Shown piece by piece: positions 36,421-50,549 of a stretch of DNA of 64,000 nucleotides (its first letter is position 1; each line of letters opens with the position of its first letter). The translations under genes and the position numbers were made by a program. This stretch comes from Mobula hypostoma. Taxonomy: Eukaryota. The stretch covers positions 28,398,001 through 28,462,000 of the forward strand of contig NC_086108.1 in the NCBI RefSeq assembly GCF_963921235.1, read 5' to 3'. The notes under the pieces were generated by a model. That model was not told the DNA's origin and ran no database searches. It saw only the letters and a program-made list of their open reading frames with translations.

Positions 36421-37227
36421 GGGAGGGTGGGACTGGTGATTCTGAAAGTGAATTAGAATGTTGAGTGGTTTGTGTCCTGTTCTGGTGAAAGGAATCTTTC
36501 CCATGTAAAACACAGCAAATATTTAATGATGAACATAATTTAAATTTGTTACCAGTACAAGTGGATCACCAGTGCGGTAGGGGTTAGTGATGGTCACATT
36601 CATTTTGATACACCATCCCAGCCCATGCTGACTTGCTTTCACCTCCTCTAACCTTTGGAGGATTAAGCTGAATCCGGTATAGATGATAAACCGTCCCCTG
36701 GAATGCCCCAGCAAACATTCAGATCAGGATTTGACTCAAGGTAATTAGTCAAAGTCTACAGTGCAGTGACAGCTATCTGGGTTCTATAACAAAATAAATC
36801 TCTTCCTTCTGTGTTCTGTTCTGCCAAGCGCACTGAATCCAGGAAAACTCCAGGCTCCATCTGTGGTGAGATGCTGGAACTGACCTTAGTAGCCCTGGTC
36901 CTGATGTTAATCATCAATCATATTTGCAATGGACAGTGATTGGACTGGTGAAATTAACGATTGGCTGGTTTGTGTCAGTAGAAGATTAGATGGTGGTGGA
37001 AGTGTATTTTGCCATGAGATAAACAAGTTAGGATAAGGTTAAGGTAACAGAATGCAATGCTTCTATGAAAGTTTAATCAAGTCTTAATGCTTTAAGAGTC
37101 ACGGAGTTAGTCTATCTTCAGCAACTTCAGCACACCTTGTCCATACTCACCATATATTACTCCCATTTACAAGCACTTGGTCCATAGCTGCCTAAGCCTT
37201 GGTGATTCAAATTTTTGACAAAATGAG

Positions 37228-37506
37228 GGATGACACAGTAGCATTGTGGTTACCACAACACTTTACAGGACAATCGACTCGGGTTCAATTCCCTCTACTG
37301 CCTTTAAGTGGTTTGTACATTCTCCCTGTTTCCTCCTGTTGCTCCGGTTTCTTCCCACAATCCAAAGATGTACTGGCTGGCTGGTTAATTGGTCATTGTA
37401 ATTTATCCCATGATTAGGCTAGGATTAAATCAGGAGTTGCTGGGTGGCGTGGCTCGAAGGGCTGAAAAGGCCCATTCCGAGGTATCAATAAATTTAAAAA
37501 ATAAAT
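37228..37506 (+). mobile_element. V-SINE (HE1-like)
   Basis: tRNA-like head with B box gggttcaattccc, V-domain gctccggtttcttcccaca and AATA tail. Confidence 0.8.
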
Positions 37507-37835
37507 GCATATATACATACATCGATACGCATATAGATAGATAATTAAATTAAATTAATAAAATTAAAATATTTCTTAAATGTAGTGGGAATACCTGCCT
37601 CCGTCACTGACTCAGGCAGTGTGTTCCATAATCCATCCATCGTGCACATGAAAAGGTTCTGTCACAACTCTTCCCAAACCTTATACTCTGCACTTTAAAC
37701 CCACGCCTTCCAGTATTAAACATTTCGGCCATGGGGAAAAGTTTTTTAGGGTTTATCTCTGTCTCTCGTAATTTTGCATTGCTCGATCAGGATCCTCTCA
37801 GCCCCAGTCCAACTCATACAGACCGGTTCAAACGC

Positions 37836-38250
37836 CTTAGGACATGTATGTAGCTAAGGAGCCTAAGACTTCAGTGCAGTACTGTATTTGCCAATGTGCA
37901 GCAGAGAGCAGGTTTGAAAATCTGGTGGGAGTAAAGGATGTTGGGAATAGTGAGGTTGGGGTTCCATGGGAGGTGTGTGGGACAGGTGGCACAGAAGAGT
38001 CAGGAGGGTTCGCACGAGTGCAGACACATTCAGCCCTGAGACACCAGGCAAGGACATTTGATTCCAAACAATTGGTATATTGATCATTACGGAATGTCTC
38101 CCTGATGTTTCCTATTCCCTCCCCTTTTCCCAACCATGATTCCCCTCTCTTTGCCCCCTTCCCACTCTAAATCCACAATACAGGCACATATCAGAATCAG
38201 GTTTTTCGTCACTAATATGTCACAAAATTTGTATCTTCTGGTGGAAGTAT
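37836..38250. mobile_element. Second copy (opposite orientation) of the MITE + body composite, joined to a Rex1-like tail
   Basis: gcctaagacttcagtgcagtactg TIR followed by tatttgccaatgt (reverse of acattgacaaata at 10111); the body matches 9815-10123; then atcagaatcaggttt as at 7485. Confidence 0.65.
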
Positions 38251-39247
38251 ATATATGAAGAAACATGAAAAAATTCTGACTCAAACCAAAATTTAAAAGA
38301 GGACTTGGACAGGGATCAGAGCTATCCTTTATAGATATTAGCAAGAATTTCCCCAAAGTTTTCCTGAAACATGATGTAGATTTTTCTTTAGTCCTGTAGT
38401 CTGCATTATCAGTGATCCAGAAAACCAATACAGCAGGATGTACTGTTGTGTGGGTAAGAACTTTGTGTCCTTCTGGTCTTGTATCACACACATTTATGTC
38501 TGTGTTTGTGGAGCCCTGGTCTCTCTGCCCTCCACTATCTGAAGCAATACAATGGAAAATTGCGTTAGGCAATCTCAATCCAGTCCCTGGTGGAAATATG
38601 TTCAAAATAATTTAGAAAAGACAACTCCATTTTGACAGAGATTAGTACTTACCCATGACCTTGCTATAAATGTCGACAAAGATTGCTGATGTTAAAAACG
38701 AAATGTCATGTGCTAACAATGAGTGATGCGGTCCCGTGTGTAGAATTGAACTAATTGGTTGAGACAGAGCAAAGAAGGCCTCAGTCTGGGCATGGCCCGA
38801 GCTTAACAAGTGTATGATCAGAGCGTGTGGTAAAGAGGGTTCTGAGACTGCACTCCAGGAATAAGACAGTGTCAATATGTTCTCCATACCCCGCCGCTAA
38901 TAACCGGCACATTGGGCATTTTCAAAGGAAGAATAGAATAAAAATGTTCTAACTATTCAGGTTGTCAGGAAATGGAGTGGTTGTCTATCGCCATAGTAAT
39001 GATAAATATGTTGAATCCTTACTCGTCCAGGCTCCTGCTGAATACGCTGAGAACATCGAATATTTAAGGTTCCCAAACTCAGAAGGAAACTCAACATATA
39101 GAAAGTTCCGTGTTGGATCTGTGGCACTCCTCCCAGTAAGATGTGCCACTGGAATGGTACCCTGTCTGGGAACGGGGTGGGGAGGGTAAAAAGGGGGTCC
39201 TGAGCTTATTGGGATAATGGTCTGAGATTGAGTCAATTGCTCCATTT

Positions 39248-39533
39248 AGATTATTTATTTATTGGGGATACAGCACAGAATAGGCCTTTCTGGTCTTTTG
39301 AGACACGTTGCCCAATAACCCTGGTTTAACCCTAGCCAAAACAGGGAACAATTTACAATGACCAATTAACCTACCAATCAGTATGTCTTTGGAGTGTGGG
39401 AGGAAACCAGAGCTCCTGGAGGAAACCCACGCACTCACAGGGAGAACGTACAGAGTCCTTACAAGCAGCAGTGGGAATTGAACCCAGGTCGCTGGCACTG
39501 TAAAGCGTTGAGCTAACCACCGTGCTACCATAT
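39248..39533 (-). mobile_element. V-SINE (HE1-like)
   Basis: Reverse-complement V-domain (gtgggaggaaaccagagctcctggaggaaaccc) and B box. Confidence 0.82.
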
Positions 39534-40085
39534 TGCACTGAGCAGCTTCCTTGACGAACATTGCCCCTGAGGAGCTGGGAACTTTTATATTCAATGGGTT
39601 GGAGGGATCTCTCGCCTCAACCCCTCTGAGAAAAGCCACCCATGCAGTTTGGTGCAGGGCAGGTTACTTGGCTGTCCTGGTGATGGGCATGGTAGAGGGG
39701 AGCATTCCCAGTGTCATTGGAAATGGTCCCAATGGATGAGGTCTCGACACGATCACTGAGTGGCACAGGTATTGGCTCCTATGGCAACCCTGTGTCTGAA
39801 TCTGCCCAACTTTAACATTTACTGTTAGCTGCCGCCACTATATTAACCATGTGGTATCAGTGATTGAATTATCTCTCCCTCTGTAAAAGTTCATTATTAC
39901 TTTCCTTAGCGGTGCTAATTTTCCTCTTTTGACTCTCAATAATTTGAAAAGAATTTTGGAACAAAAAATCCTGAAATACCGAACTGATTTCTATTTGTTG
40001 TATCCTAAAGTTGGGGGGTGGGGGGGAATGCATTTTAAAAGCTAAAGTACTGTGGTGCTTGAAATTGCATAATTCCACCTGAAGT

Positions 40086-40420
40086 GGCACAGTGGTAACC
40101 CAGTAGAAGCCCTTCCTTACAGCTCCAGCAGTCCATGTTGGATTCTTACCTCAGGTACCGCCCATGTGGAGATGGCACATCGGCCCTGTGACAGGTGAGT
40201 TTCCTACAGGTGCTCCAATTTCCCCCCACCTGCCAAAAATGTGTGGCTTAGTTGTTTTATTTGTTGCTGTAATTTGCCCCCAGTCAGCGAGTGGTCAAAT
40301 TTGGCGTGTTGAGATTTGATGATAAGAAAGTGGGGAGAATGAAATGGGTTAGGGTCAGATCAGTACAGAAATGGCTTGGTGTACTGATGGGCCTGTTTCC
40401 ATGTTGTATTTCTTTCTGAC
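40086..40420 (+). mobile_element. Older V-SINE subfamily
   Basis: ggcacagtggt...ttacagctccagc...gagtttcctacaggtgctccaatttcccccca; CR1-like tail gggcctgtttccatgttgtat. Confidence 0.65.
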
Positions 40421-40500
40421 AATGACTCCATGGCATGTCAACTGCTTTGATTGGAATCTCTCGATGGTGCTAATTATTGCGATAGGACAAAGAGGGAAGA

Positions 40501-40772
40501 ATGGCACAGTAGTATGGTGGTTAGCATAAGAGGCGACCCAGGTTCAATTCCCACTGCTGTCTGTAAGGAGTTTGCAGGATTTCCCCATGACTGCATGAGT
40601 TTCCTCCGAGTGCTCCGGTTTCCTTCTACAATCCATAGACAAACCAGTTGGTAGGTTAATTGGTCATTGTACGTTGTCCCATGATTAGGCTTGGGTTAAA
40701 TTGAGAGATTACTGGACGTCACTGCTCAAAGTGCCAGAAAGGCCTATTCTCTGCTGTATCTCAATAAATTTT
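40501..40772 (+). mobile_element. V-SINE (HE1-like)
   Basis: ggcacagtagtatggtggttagca, ggttcaattccc and gtttcctccgagtgctccggtttcc. Confidence 0.82.
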
Positions 40773-41009
40773 AAAAAATTAAAAATGAAATATGTATCTC
40801 GGCTGAAATAAATAGCTTTAGCAGGCAGTGAGTAAGACACAGGGTTTTTGTTTTCGAGTTCACACCCACTTCGTTGCTGTCTTGCCCAGTGTTTTTAACA
40901 GGCTGAAGGAGAGCATTCGTCCAGTTATCCAGGTGAATGCCTGAACCCTTAACTCCATCAGAAACTCGTGTCTCCTTGCACTCCGAGTGCATGAATAAGT
41001 TCCCAGTTC

Positions 41010-41162
41010 TGTCTTGCATGAGAAAGATCACACCTCTGATGGTGCAGCCATCCCTTCATTCGGCACTGGAAAGACAGGCAGATGTAGTTCTATAGCAGCC
41101 CTCGAATCCACGGCCTTGTGCCACTGGTGAGATTTCTGTCCACTTAGTCACAGCTGACACAA
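41010..41162 (-). mobile_element. DeuSINE (SacSINE1-like) 5' part
   Basis: aaagatcacacctctgatggtgcagc..ccttca..gcactgg...gaatccacggcctt...cacttagtcacagctgacac resembles the reverse complement of the SacSINE1 head as I recall it. Confidence 0.5.
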
Positions 41163-41861
41163 GCGCAATGCCTCTTGAGGGCAATGCAAAAATGCAGCCG
41201 GTAAACGAGTTTTGTCATCGATGATGGATTCGCTTGAATGTGGATCTTTCAGTGAGGCTAGGAACTTGGCCCTAGAGTGCTGAAATTTATAACGTGCTGC
41301 ACTGTTTCTTCATTATGGATAGCCTTCTCATCAGTCAACCTTAAGCCATTCACTCAGGAATATTATAATAATCTTTCAAACTTGGAACGATGATGTGATG
41401 AGTAAACACATTTGTGGATGGCATGCAGCCAAAAACATCCTGCATTAAAAGAAGGGATGGCTTGCATTCAGTGATAGTTCTTCAAGTTCTGATGGCACCT
41501 GCTTGATTCATTCACCTGCCCCCATTAAGCTTCAATTCTGCTGTTTGGCGTTAAATGGTGTCAGTGGCAGCTTGCTATACAGCCTCTTTATCTTTGGGTC
41601 AATGGGTTAAGGGCTCAGTCCCTCTCTAAACATACAAGTCTGTAGCCTCGGCTAACGTTATACTGCGAACAGAGGAAGTGAATTAGCATGAGATCCCCGT
41701 CTGCCCACCCTGGCCGATTTAAAACTCCCACCCCTTTGGAGAGGACATACTGTCGTGTGTCTTCCGGAACTTGCAGAGTTTTAGAGAGCCACAAGTAATT
41801 CTGCCTTTGCCTATCGTGGAGCAAAGGAACAATGTTGTGTTCATGTTGAGTAACCCTGTAA

Positions 41862-42221
<360 letters not shown>

Positions 42222-42270
42222 TGACATTGAGGATTGTCATGTACACAGTTACATGTGAGCACACTAAAAC

Positions 42271-42563
42271 AGGGCAGTGCAATAGCGTAGTAGTTAGCAT
42301 ACAGTACCAGTGACCTAGGTTCAATTCCCGCCGCTGCCTGTAAGATGTTTGTACATCCTCCCCGTGACTGCGTGGGTTTCCTCAGGGTGCTCTGGTTTCT
42401 CCCACTTTCCAGAGACGTACTGGTTGGTATAATTTGTCATTGTAAATTGTTCCGTAATTAGGCCAGGGTTAAATCAGGGGTTGCTAGGCAGCATGGCTCA
42501 ACGGACTGGAAAGGCCTACTCTGTGCTGTATCTCAACAAATAAATAGATAGATAGATAGATAG
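42271..42563 (+). mobile_element. V-SINE (HE1-like) with (ATAG)n tail in LHX4 intron
   Basis: A/B boxes and gcgtgggtttcctcagggtgctctggtttctccca. Confidence 0.82.
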
Positions 42564-42564
42564 A

Positions 42565-43150
42565 AATCTTACTTGCAGCAGCATCACTGGCACATAGCAA
42601 CAGACAAGCAGCATTAACAAGAAAAATGGGAATTAAACACAAATTATCTACAATTTCTTTTACAAGAAAGAACACAATTAGAACAACAAAGGTCCATCAT
42701 CGTGTAAAGTGATCAAGGAGGTTATAGATTTGCTATACCGAGTAAGGTTGTGTGCCTTGGTTCAAGAGCCAATTGTTTGAAGGGAAGGGGAAGTCCCTGA
42801 ACCTGGTGATGAGAGAATTCAGGCTTCTGCACTTCCTGCCTGATGGTTGCTGTGAGAAGATGGCATGGTGAGAACCTTTGATATTTGATGTGGCTTCTTT
42901 GAGGCAGTGCCTCGTGTAGATATACCGAAGACGGAGAACGGATGTGTCCATGATGTGCTAAGTCCACTACTCTCAGCAACTTACGTTCCTGCACATGTAA
43001 ATTGCCATATCAGACAATGATGCAACCGGTGAGCATACCTTCAACAGTACATCTGTAGAAATTTATCAGTGTGTGGTCACTTGCCAAACCTCCTTAACCT
43101 TCTTAGAAAGTAAAGATGCTGGCATGCCTTCCTTGTGATTGGTTCTACAT
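42565..43150 (-). mobile_element. Rex1/Babar 3' fragment
   Basis: HCLKEATSNIK...PSGRKCRSL...RFRDFPFPS on the minus strand. Confidence 0.7.
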
Positions 43151-43624
43151 GCTCTAAGATTTAAATGTTTAAAAACATTTTACATTAAATTGTCTTGTAA
43201 AAACCTTTAGAAATTTAGAAGCCTCCATGCATTTACTTTAACAGGGATGTGGCATATCGTTGACCTGTACCACACCCGCTGTGATCTTCCACTAAGTATG
43301 TTCTGATCATAATTATCGCTGTGCTTATACAAACCGACAGGTTCATCTCAGCGATTCAGCCCTCAGTGACCGAGAGTCTACACAGTAGGCAAAACATTCA
43401 TCCTTGAACCAGGCAGCTCAGGAATGCTCCTGAAAAGTGGCTGAAAACCTGAGGTTCTCCTTGAAAAGATGCTGAGGGTAAAGAGAAGCAGATTTGAAAT
43501 GATCTTGTAAGCAAGGATATCAAGAGATAGAACCAAGATAGTCGCATAGGATTAGGAATCACATGATCTAACTGAACACGGAGACCAGCTCAGGGGTTCA
43601 ATTGCATATTCTTTCTTTTCAAGA

Positions 43625-43880
43625 CATAGACAGATGTAGCACAGCTACAGGCTCTTCAACCCATCAAGTCCATGTGACCATTAACCTTGCATTTAAACTA
43701 ATCCTATCCGAGCTGAATTTAGCCTCCCCACATTCATATCCAATCTCACAAGATTAAATCTCCCAAGAAGAAGTTTACAGTGCCAATTAACCTGCTTTTG
43801 GGATGTCAGAGGAAACTATAGCTCCCAGAGGAAGCACACATGGGAAAACGTGCAAACTCCACACAGATAGCACCAGAGAA
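43625..43880 (-). mobile_element. Old V-SINE fragment
   Basis: ttttgggatgtcagaggaaact...gtgcaaactccacacagatagcacc. Confidence 0.55.
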
Positions 43881-43884
43881 CGTA

Positions 43885-44210
43885 AACATAAGAACATAAG
43901 AAATAGGAGCAGGAGTAGACCACCCGGCCCATCGAGCCCGCCCCACCATTCAATAAGATCATGGCTGATCTGTCTGTAAACTCAGCTCCATCTACCTGCC
44001 TTTTCCCCATAACCCTTAATTCTCTTACTATGTAAAAACCTATCTAACTGTATCTTAAATATATTTAGCGAAGAAGCCTCAACTGCTTCCCTGGGCAGAG
44101 AATTCCACAGATTCACCACTCTCTGGGAAAAATAGTTTCTCCTCATCTCTGTCCTAAATCTCTTCCCCTGAATCTTGAGGCAATGTCCCCTAGTTCTAGT
44201 CTCACCTCCC
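43885..44210 (-). mobile_element. CR1 3' end
   Basis: TRTRGHCLKIQGKRFRTEMRRNYFSQRVVNLWNSLP; (aacataag)n tail. Confidence 0.85.
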
Positions 44211-46369
44211 AAAGGTCAGAATTGAACTTGGTTTGCTGGAAACATCAGTTCTACAGACAGAACCTCTATGCTGCCTTTTCATACAGTGCAGGAGCCAATT
44301 TGGAAATTTGCAGTGGCAACTGTGCTGCTCCTTTAATTGAACAGGGCTCCATCCAGAAGCTGCTGGCTGTTTGCATAGTGGAGGTGACTGTGGGCAGAGG
44401 AGAGGTCTGCACACAGATCACCCTGTTGTCAGGCTTTAAAGAAGGGAAGCAAAGGAACTACAAAAGCTAAGTGAAATTCTGTCAGCATGACAAGAATGAG
44501 ATGCAGATGGGTTGATTGTTCTGGTCATTTTTATACATCATGCTTCTCCAGTCACAGCCTTGTTACTGAAATGTTCACATCTAATGTCTTTCGCTGACCT
44601 GTAGTCCACTGATCGACTAATATTAATGAGATTAATGACAATTACTAATAACCTGTTGTGCAGATAGTTATTAATAGGTCCCCGGAGCAGGTGTTGTGCA
44701 CTGAGTAATATCACAACACCAAATACAAATGTGCATTACATCACCTGAGCCAATCAATCAGATGGCAAGGATGCCACAATTTATGGTTACCCAGCAATCC
44801 TTTCTGTCAGCCTTGTAATGAATTAACTCCTTCACTCATGCAAGAGAGCGGCACTGAATATTTGAACCTATGAGGGCAGCGCCGGACGTCCTACCAGAGT
44901 ATAACACCAACTGGGCATTAGTTGCATTGGAACTGAAGTCTTGGAATTACGTTTTTGTCAATTTACAAAGGGGCAGGAAAGAGAGAGAGAGAGAGAGAGA
45001 ATAAAATCTAACCACTCCATAGCACAGTGCCAAATTTTATTAGGAATTCAACACTAGCTCTGAAAACATTTGATTGATCCACTAATAGTTAAACTTCACT
45101 GATCAATTTAGGGATACTTTATTGATCAGTGAATGACTCAATTTCCTTTCATATGCAAATGAAGCACAGGACCGAACTATCTGTATTGGTTAACAAGTGT
45201 TAGCAGATGAAAAGCATATGGAAGTTATAGAAATAATTCAGACTTAGCATTGGGCTGTCAAATGCCTTTACTTACAGGCTAGTCCATTTACAATTCTTTC
45301 AGGCTACTGACAGATTGAATGCAGACATGTCTGAAGTATAAAATCAGGTGCCTGCAAATAACCAGACCATTTTCAGCAGCAATTGCCCCACCATGAGTTC
45401 CACATTAGACTCTTGAATGTTTTCCTTGTCCTGAAATAATATCATTTGCTTAAATTGAAGGCTTAGTAAGCCATCAAGAAACATGAATTGTAAGATAATA
45501 GAATCAAAATTCATCTACACCGACTACTGCCTTCCTTGAAGTTCCATTATACAAAGGAAATGCATTTTTATATATGATATTAAATGATAACACTTACTGT
45601 CTATCAGTTAGTCCACAACATCTGGAGCTATGAAATCCCCTGAGGTAGAAAGTCTTAACATCCATAGATCCAAAGCCACCAGTCTATCCTGAGGTTCCAC
45701 ACTCCATCCAAATACATTAATTCCTAAAGGAAATCTCCAATTTTTAACTTTAATTTGGATTTGACCATTTATAGCACCAAGTCTTTAATCTGGGCAGAAA
45801 TATGATAAATTTTCATTATCTCTCGTCAATACAGTCTAAAGTATAGAATTGTAGATGTGAAGTAAGTGTTCATGAGCACAATTGTATATTCTTTTAAAAA
45901 TTCAGTAAAGCAGCTTATATATCAAGTAATTTTTATTTTGCTTTGCTAAGGTATTTTCACCTCTGCATTAACTTATTTGTTCAAAACAGAATGTGGTCAT
46001 TAAATCTATCCTATGACCAGTGTTGACAGAAGTGCAACAGATTGTGATAGAGCACATTATTCCAGTCCTACCTCAGAATCGTCTAATCATCATCACTTTA
46101 ATACATAAAATCAAATGTGTGTTTTTGGAAAGAAAATCTAACCCACAGAACCCAACTTTTGAGGGGATTATGAGTCGGGAATTGGCTAGATCTTAAGAAT
46201 AAAGGGGTACCTTAAATACTTAGCTCCAAGGAATTGCCTTTGTTGCTCTCAGTTGTATAGTGGAGAGCAGGCAGCACCTCACGGACAATACAACAACAGT
46301 GTATCAGTTGCTTAGAAAGGTGAGTACCAGACAGAGAAAGAATAAATGGATACAGTAAAAGGAAAGATA

Positions 46370-47050
46370 AAAAGTAGAATAAATTTTATTATCAGAGTAC
46401 AGACATGTCACCACATACAGCCCTGATATTCATTTTCTTGTGGGCATACTCATCAATTCTATAGAATAGTAACTATAACAGGATCAATGAAAGATCATCC
46501 AGAGTGCAGAAGACGATAAACTCTGCAAAGGCAAATATACATAAATAGTAATAATAACAAAACCATGAAATAACAAGATAAAATGTCCTTAAAATGAGAT
46601 CGTTGATTGTGGAACATAACAATGGATTGGTAAGTGAGCATAGCTCTCCCCTTTTGTTCAAGAGCCTGATGGTTGAGGGGTAGTTAGCTGGTGGGGCAAG
46701 TCCTAAAGCTCTTGTACCTTCTGTCTGATGGTAGCAGCGAGAAAAGGGCATGGCCTGGGTGGTGAGAATCGGTGTTGATGGATGCTGCTTTCCTACGACA
46801 GTGTTTCATGTAGGTGGGCTCAGTGGTTGGGAGGGTTTTGCTCGTGATATACTAGACTGAATCCATTACCTTTTATAGGATTTTCCATTGAAGGGCATTG
46901 GTTTTTCCATACCAGGCTGTGATACATTCAGTCACTACACTTTCCACTACACATCTAATGAAGTTTGTCGAAATTTTTGACGTCATGCCAAATCTCTACA
47001 GACTCCTAAGAAAGCAGAGGCACTGTCATGTTCTCTTTGCAATTATACTT
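46370..47050 (-). mobile_element. Rex1/Babar 3' fragment
   Basis: Reverse-complement homology to 13330-13900 (gcctgatggttgaggggtag, cttctgtctgatggtagcag). Confidence 0.78.
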
Positions 47051-47689
47051 GTTTTGAATCAACCTCTGTATCTTCAGCCTCTGTTGTGAATGAGTTGTGA
47101 GACCCAGGTTTAACTCTGACCTGTAACACTGGAGCACTTGCCACATATCTTTGCCATAAAAGTTTGATGGCAATAACACACAGCCAGAAAACTGATATGT
47201 CCAGCAAACATCATACTCTTCCAGTTTCTTCAGGCTGTTTAAGCATGTGTTTGAAGTTTGCAGCTGTGTAGGTCTATGACAATGTGGAACAGGATATTTG
47301 AAAGTCAGAAGTTCTAAGTGTTAAATGAGTGGCAAGGGGCGTGTTAAGTTGGAGTGTGTCAGTAGGTGTTACATGACATCTAAATATGAGACCTCTAACA
47401 TTGACCACATGAGTGGATCCGTTCCAAGGGACTTGATACTTGGCACTGTCTATTGCTGTTAGGTCGTCATGAGGCTGTGTCTGGAGGACCTCCTGGTTTG
47501 TATAAAGTACCTCTCCTTTCTTCTCCTGCTTTGAATATTGTGAACCATATCTGAAAAATATAGCAGCCTTCCCTGCCTCGATATATGCCATTCTTTAGTG
47601 TTTCCTCAGACAGTTTCGCTTGCTGCATGACTGCCAGCCACTGGCATCTCAGCATTATGTTTGTGCAAGTTAGCCTAAGCATTGCAGAC

Positions 47690-47910
47690 ATTAGAGAGTG
47701 CAGATGCTGGAATCTGGAGAAAGGCACAAAACTCAGCAGATCAGACAGCATCTATGGAGGTAGAAATAGGCAGTCGATATTTCAGGTCGGGAACCTTCAT
47801 CTGGACTGTAGAAGTTCAGATGAAGAGTGTCAGACCAAAACATCGACTATCCATTTACCTTTATAGATGCTGCCTGACCTTCTGAGTTCTTGCATGTCTT
47901 TGTGTGTTGA
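47690..47910. mobile_element. PLE-derived palindrome with back-to-back decayed hammerheads
   Basis: Minus 47771-47808 cagtcCAGATGAaggttcccgacctGAAAtatcgactg; plus 47813-47850 agttCAGATGAagagtgtcagaccaAAAcatcgact; inverted flanking arms. Confidence 0.7.
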
Positions 47911-48773
47911 TTAAGTATGTATATACAACTTGCTATAGCTAGTTGCATGACTATAGTCTCTGGCAATGCATCCAGTCAGCGAAGAAATGGGGGCACTGAT
48001 TAGATGTGGATATAATTTAAATGAGAAAGCAACACATTTCACGACGTATGCCAGTGATACTAAACCCGATTCTGATTCTGAAAACCACAAAGCTGATGTG
48101 CTGCCTATAATGGATGTAAATTCTAAATGAATTGTCAAGATTCAAAATTCAAGTTTATTTGTTATGTGTGCATTGAAACATACAGTGAAATGCATTGTTT
48201 GCCTTAACAACCAACACACCTGAGAGTGTGCGTGACGCCACATATTACGGCATCAACATAACATGCCCACAATGCTCAGAAAAACAACACACAATATAAG
48301 GAGCAACTGAACAACAACAGCAAGCCAAGCCCTTTTCCTCCCTCTCACCCATGCACTTACACAGCCCTGTAATTCCAGGACAGGCCTCTAGGGGACTCAG
48401 AGTTGGGCCTGTGGACATTGGGCTTCACCTTACCCGGTGGACTCACAGAGATTCACAGACTCGGCTCAGGCCAATGAACCTCAATTTCCGAACTTCTGAT
48501 TGACCCTCGACCCCTGGCCTGCGATCCCAGGATCATGACAATCATTGATTAGGCCTCGAATTCCGTATTTGCTGATGATTGGACCCTGAACACTAGGACC
48601 ATATCATTTGTAAACCCCATACTAGTTTTCCGGGACCATCTGAGGTAAATCCCCCTCGCCCCATGGACTGAATTGTTACTTTTCCAAGAAACTGGTTGAG
48701 ACAACTTATACTTTGACTTTGCACGTCCTTATACATACATTATAATATAAAACATGTACTTTGTTTGCACTGA

Positions 48774-49229
<456 letters not shown>

Positions 49230-50377
49230 TAGTAAATCCTTTCACTCCCATAAAATGTGGGAACTTCAAGGCAGAATGGGATAAAGATGCAGGTCGCTTG
49301 GAAGCTTCATGGCAGAATAGGATAATGATACAGTCCACTGAAAAAAGTTGCTATTTTTGGATTTTTTTCAACTATGTAAAATAAATCAAATTTGCAATTA
49401 TGGAAAAAAGTCATTGAAAATATCTGCGAACCTATTGCATCCAGTCTCATAAAAGCTGACCATATCATCTAAGGTCAATAGTGTTTATTATGCACACCCA
49501 CTATACCAGGAAGAAGGGTTCAAGGTTGTAGCCCTGTGCTAATGCAAAAGGAAAGGAGAGCAAATTAGGAGCTTGAAGACTATGTGCTGTCTTGCTGAAG
49601 AACCAGTGCTTAGTCCATGAAGTCCTGGAAGGGGAGATGACCTGCACAGTTCTACCCCAAAGCAGCAATGCCTGGCTCTTACAGATCACTCCTAACATGT
49701 TGAAGGACAGGAGGGTACAAGGTAAGAAAAACATGAAAACCTGGGTTCTACAGCTTACTTGAGGAGAACCATCTAATGGCCAGCTGGGAAGTAGTGAAGT
49801 GTTTTCAATCAGCAAATTACTACAATGTGGACTGAATATCTGATGTCTGAATTCGCAATCAAACTTTAGGCCCCAAACAAGAACTGCATTGTACCCTAAA
49901 CTGCAGATGCTGGAAATCTGCAATAAAAACTGTAAATATTATAAACATTCAGCGGGTTAACCAGTATCAGTTAACACAATGTCTGAAACCCATTGTCACA
50001 CTTCGGAATAAGATTTTTCAGTAATAAAGAAATTCAGAGAATGATGGATGATAGGTTGAGACTTTTATTTTATTTCCCAATCAAATAAGTCCTCATTATC
50101 ATCTATGGTTTTGAGTGTGGGCTGAAAATAGGAAATGCCATGAATATTAATAAGGTACATTTTATGTTTGACTGATCATTCAGTTTGAATGCATTCATGA
50201 TCCCTAATGTGGTCTATCTGATATTTGACTGATCATAAATGTATTCAATAATTTTCATAGCAAAGTCTATGAAGATTTGACATACATAGACCACATTACC
50301 TTATCTAGCATAACACCAGCATTTGCCAGGTGATACTGAGCAAATATTTATAGATGGAAATTGCAAATTTCTTTCAG

Positions 50378-50549
50378 GTTTGGTTCCAGAACAGAAGAGC
50401 TAAGGAGAAGCGCTTGAAGAAGGATGCTGGCAGACACCGATGGGGACAGTACTACAAGAACGTGAAAAGAAGCCGTGGTGGAACAAAGAGTGGGAAAGAG
50501 AGCTCAGTGGAGGATGCAGGCCTCAGTGACAGTGAGCTGAGTTTCAGAG
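50378..50549 (+). CDS. LHX4: LHX4 coding exon (exon 5 equivalent): homeodomain helix 3 and linker
   Basis: Acceptor tttcag|GTT, donor AGAG|gtgagt; 172 nt. Encodes [57 protein letters not shown]. Confidence 0.95.

Noticed and set aside
38962..39245. Overlapping ORFs in unique sequence as the missing LIM1 exon or another gene
   Set aside because: No LIM Cys/His spacing and no recognisable domain.
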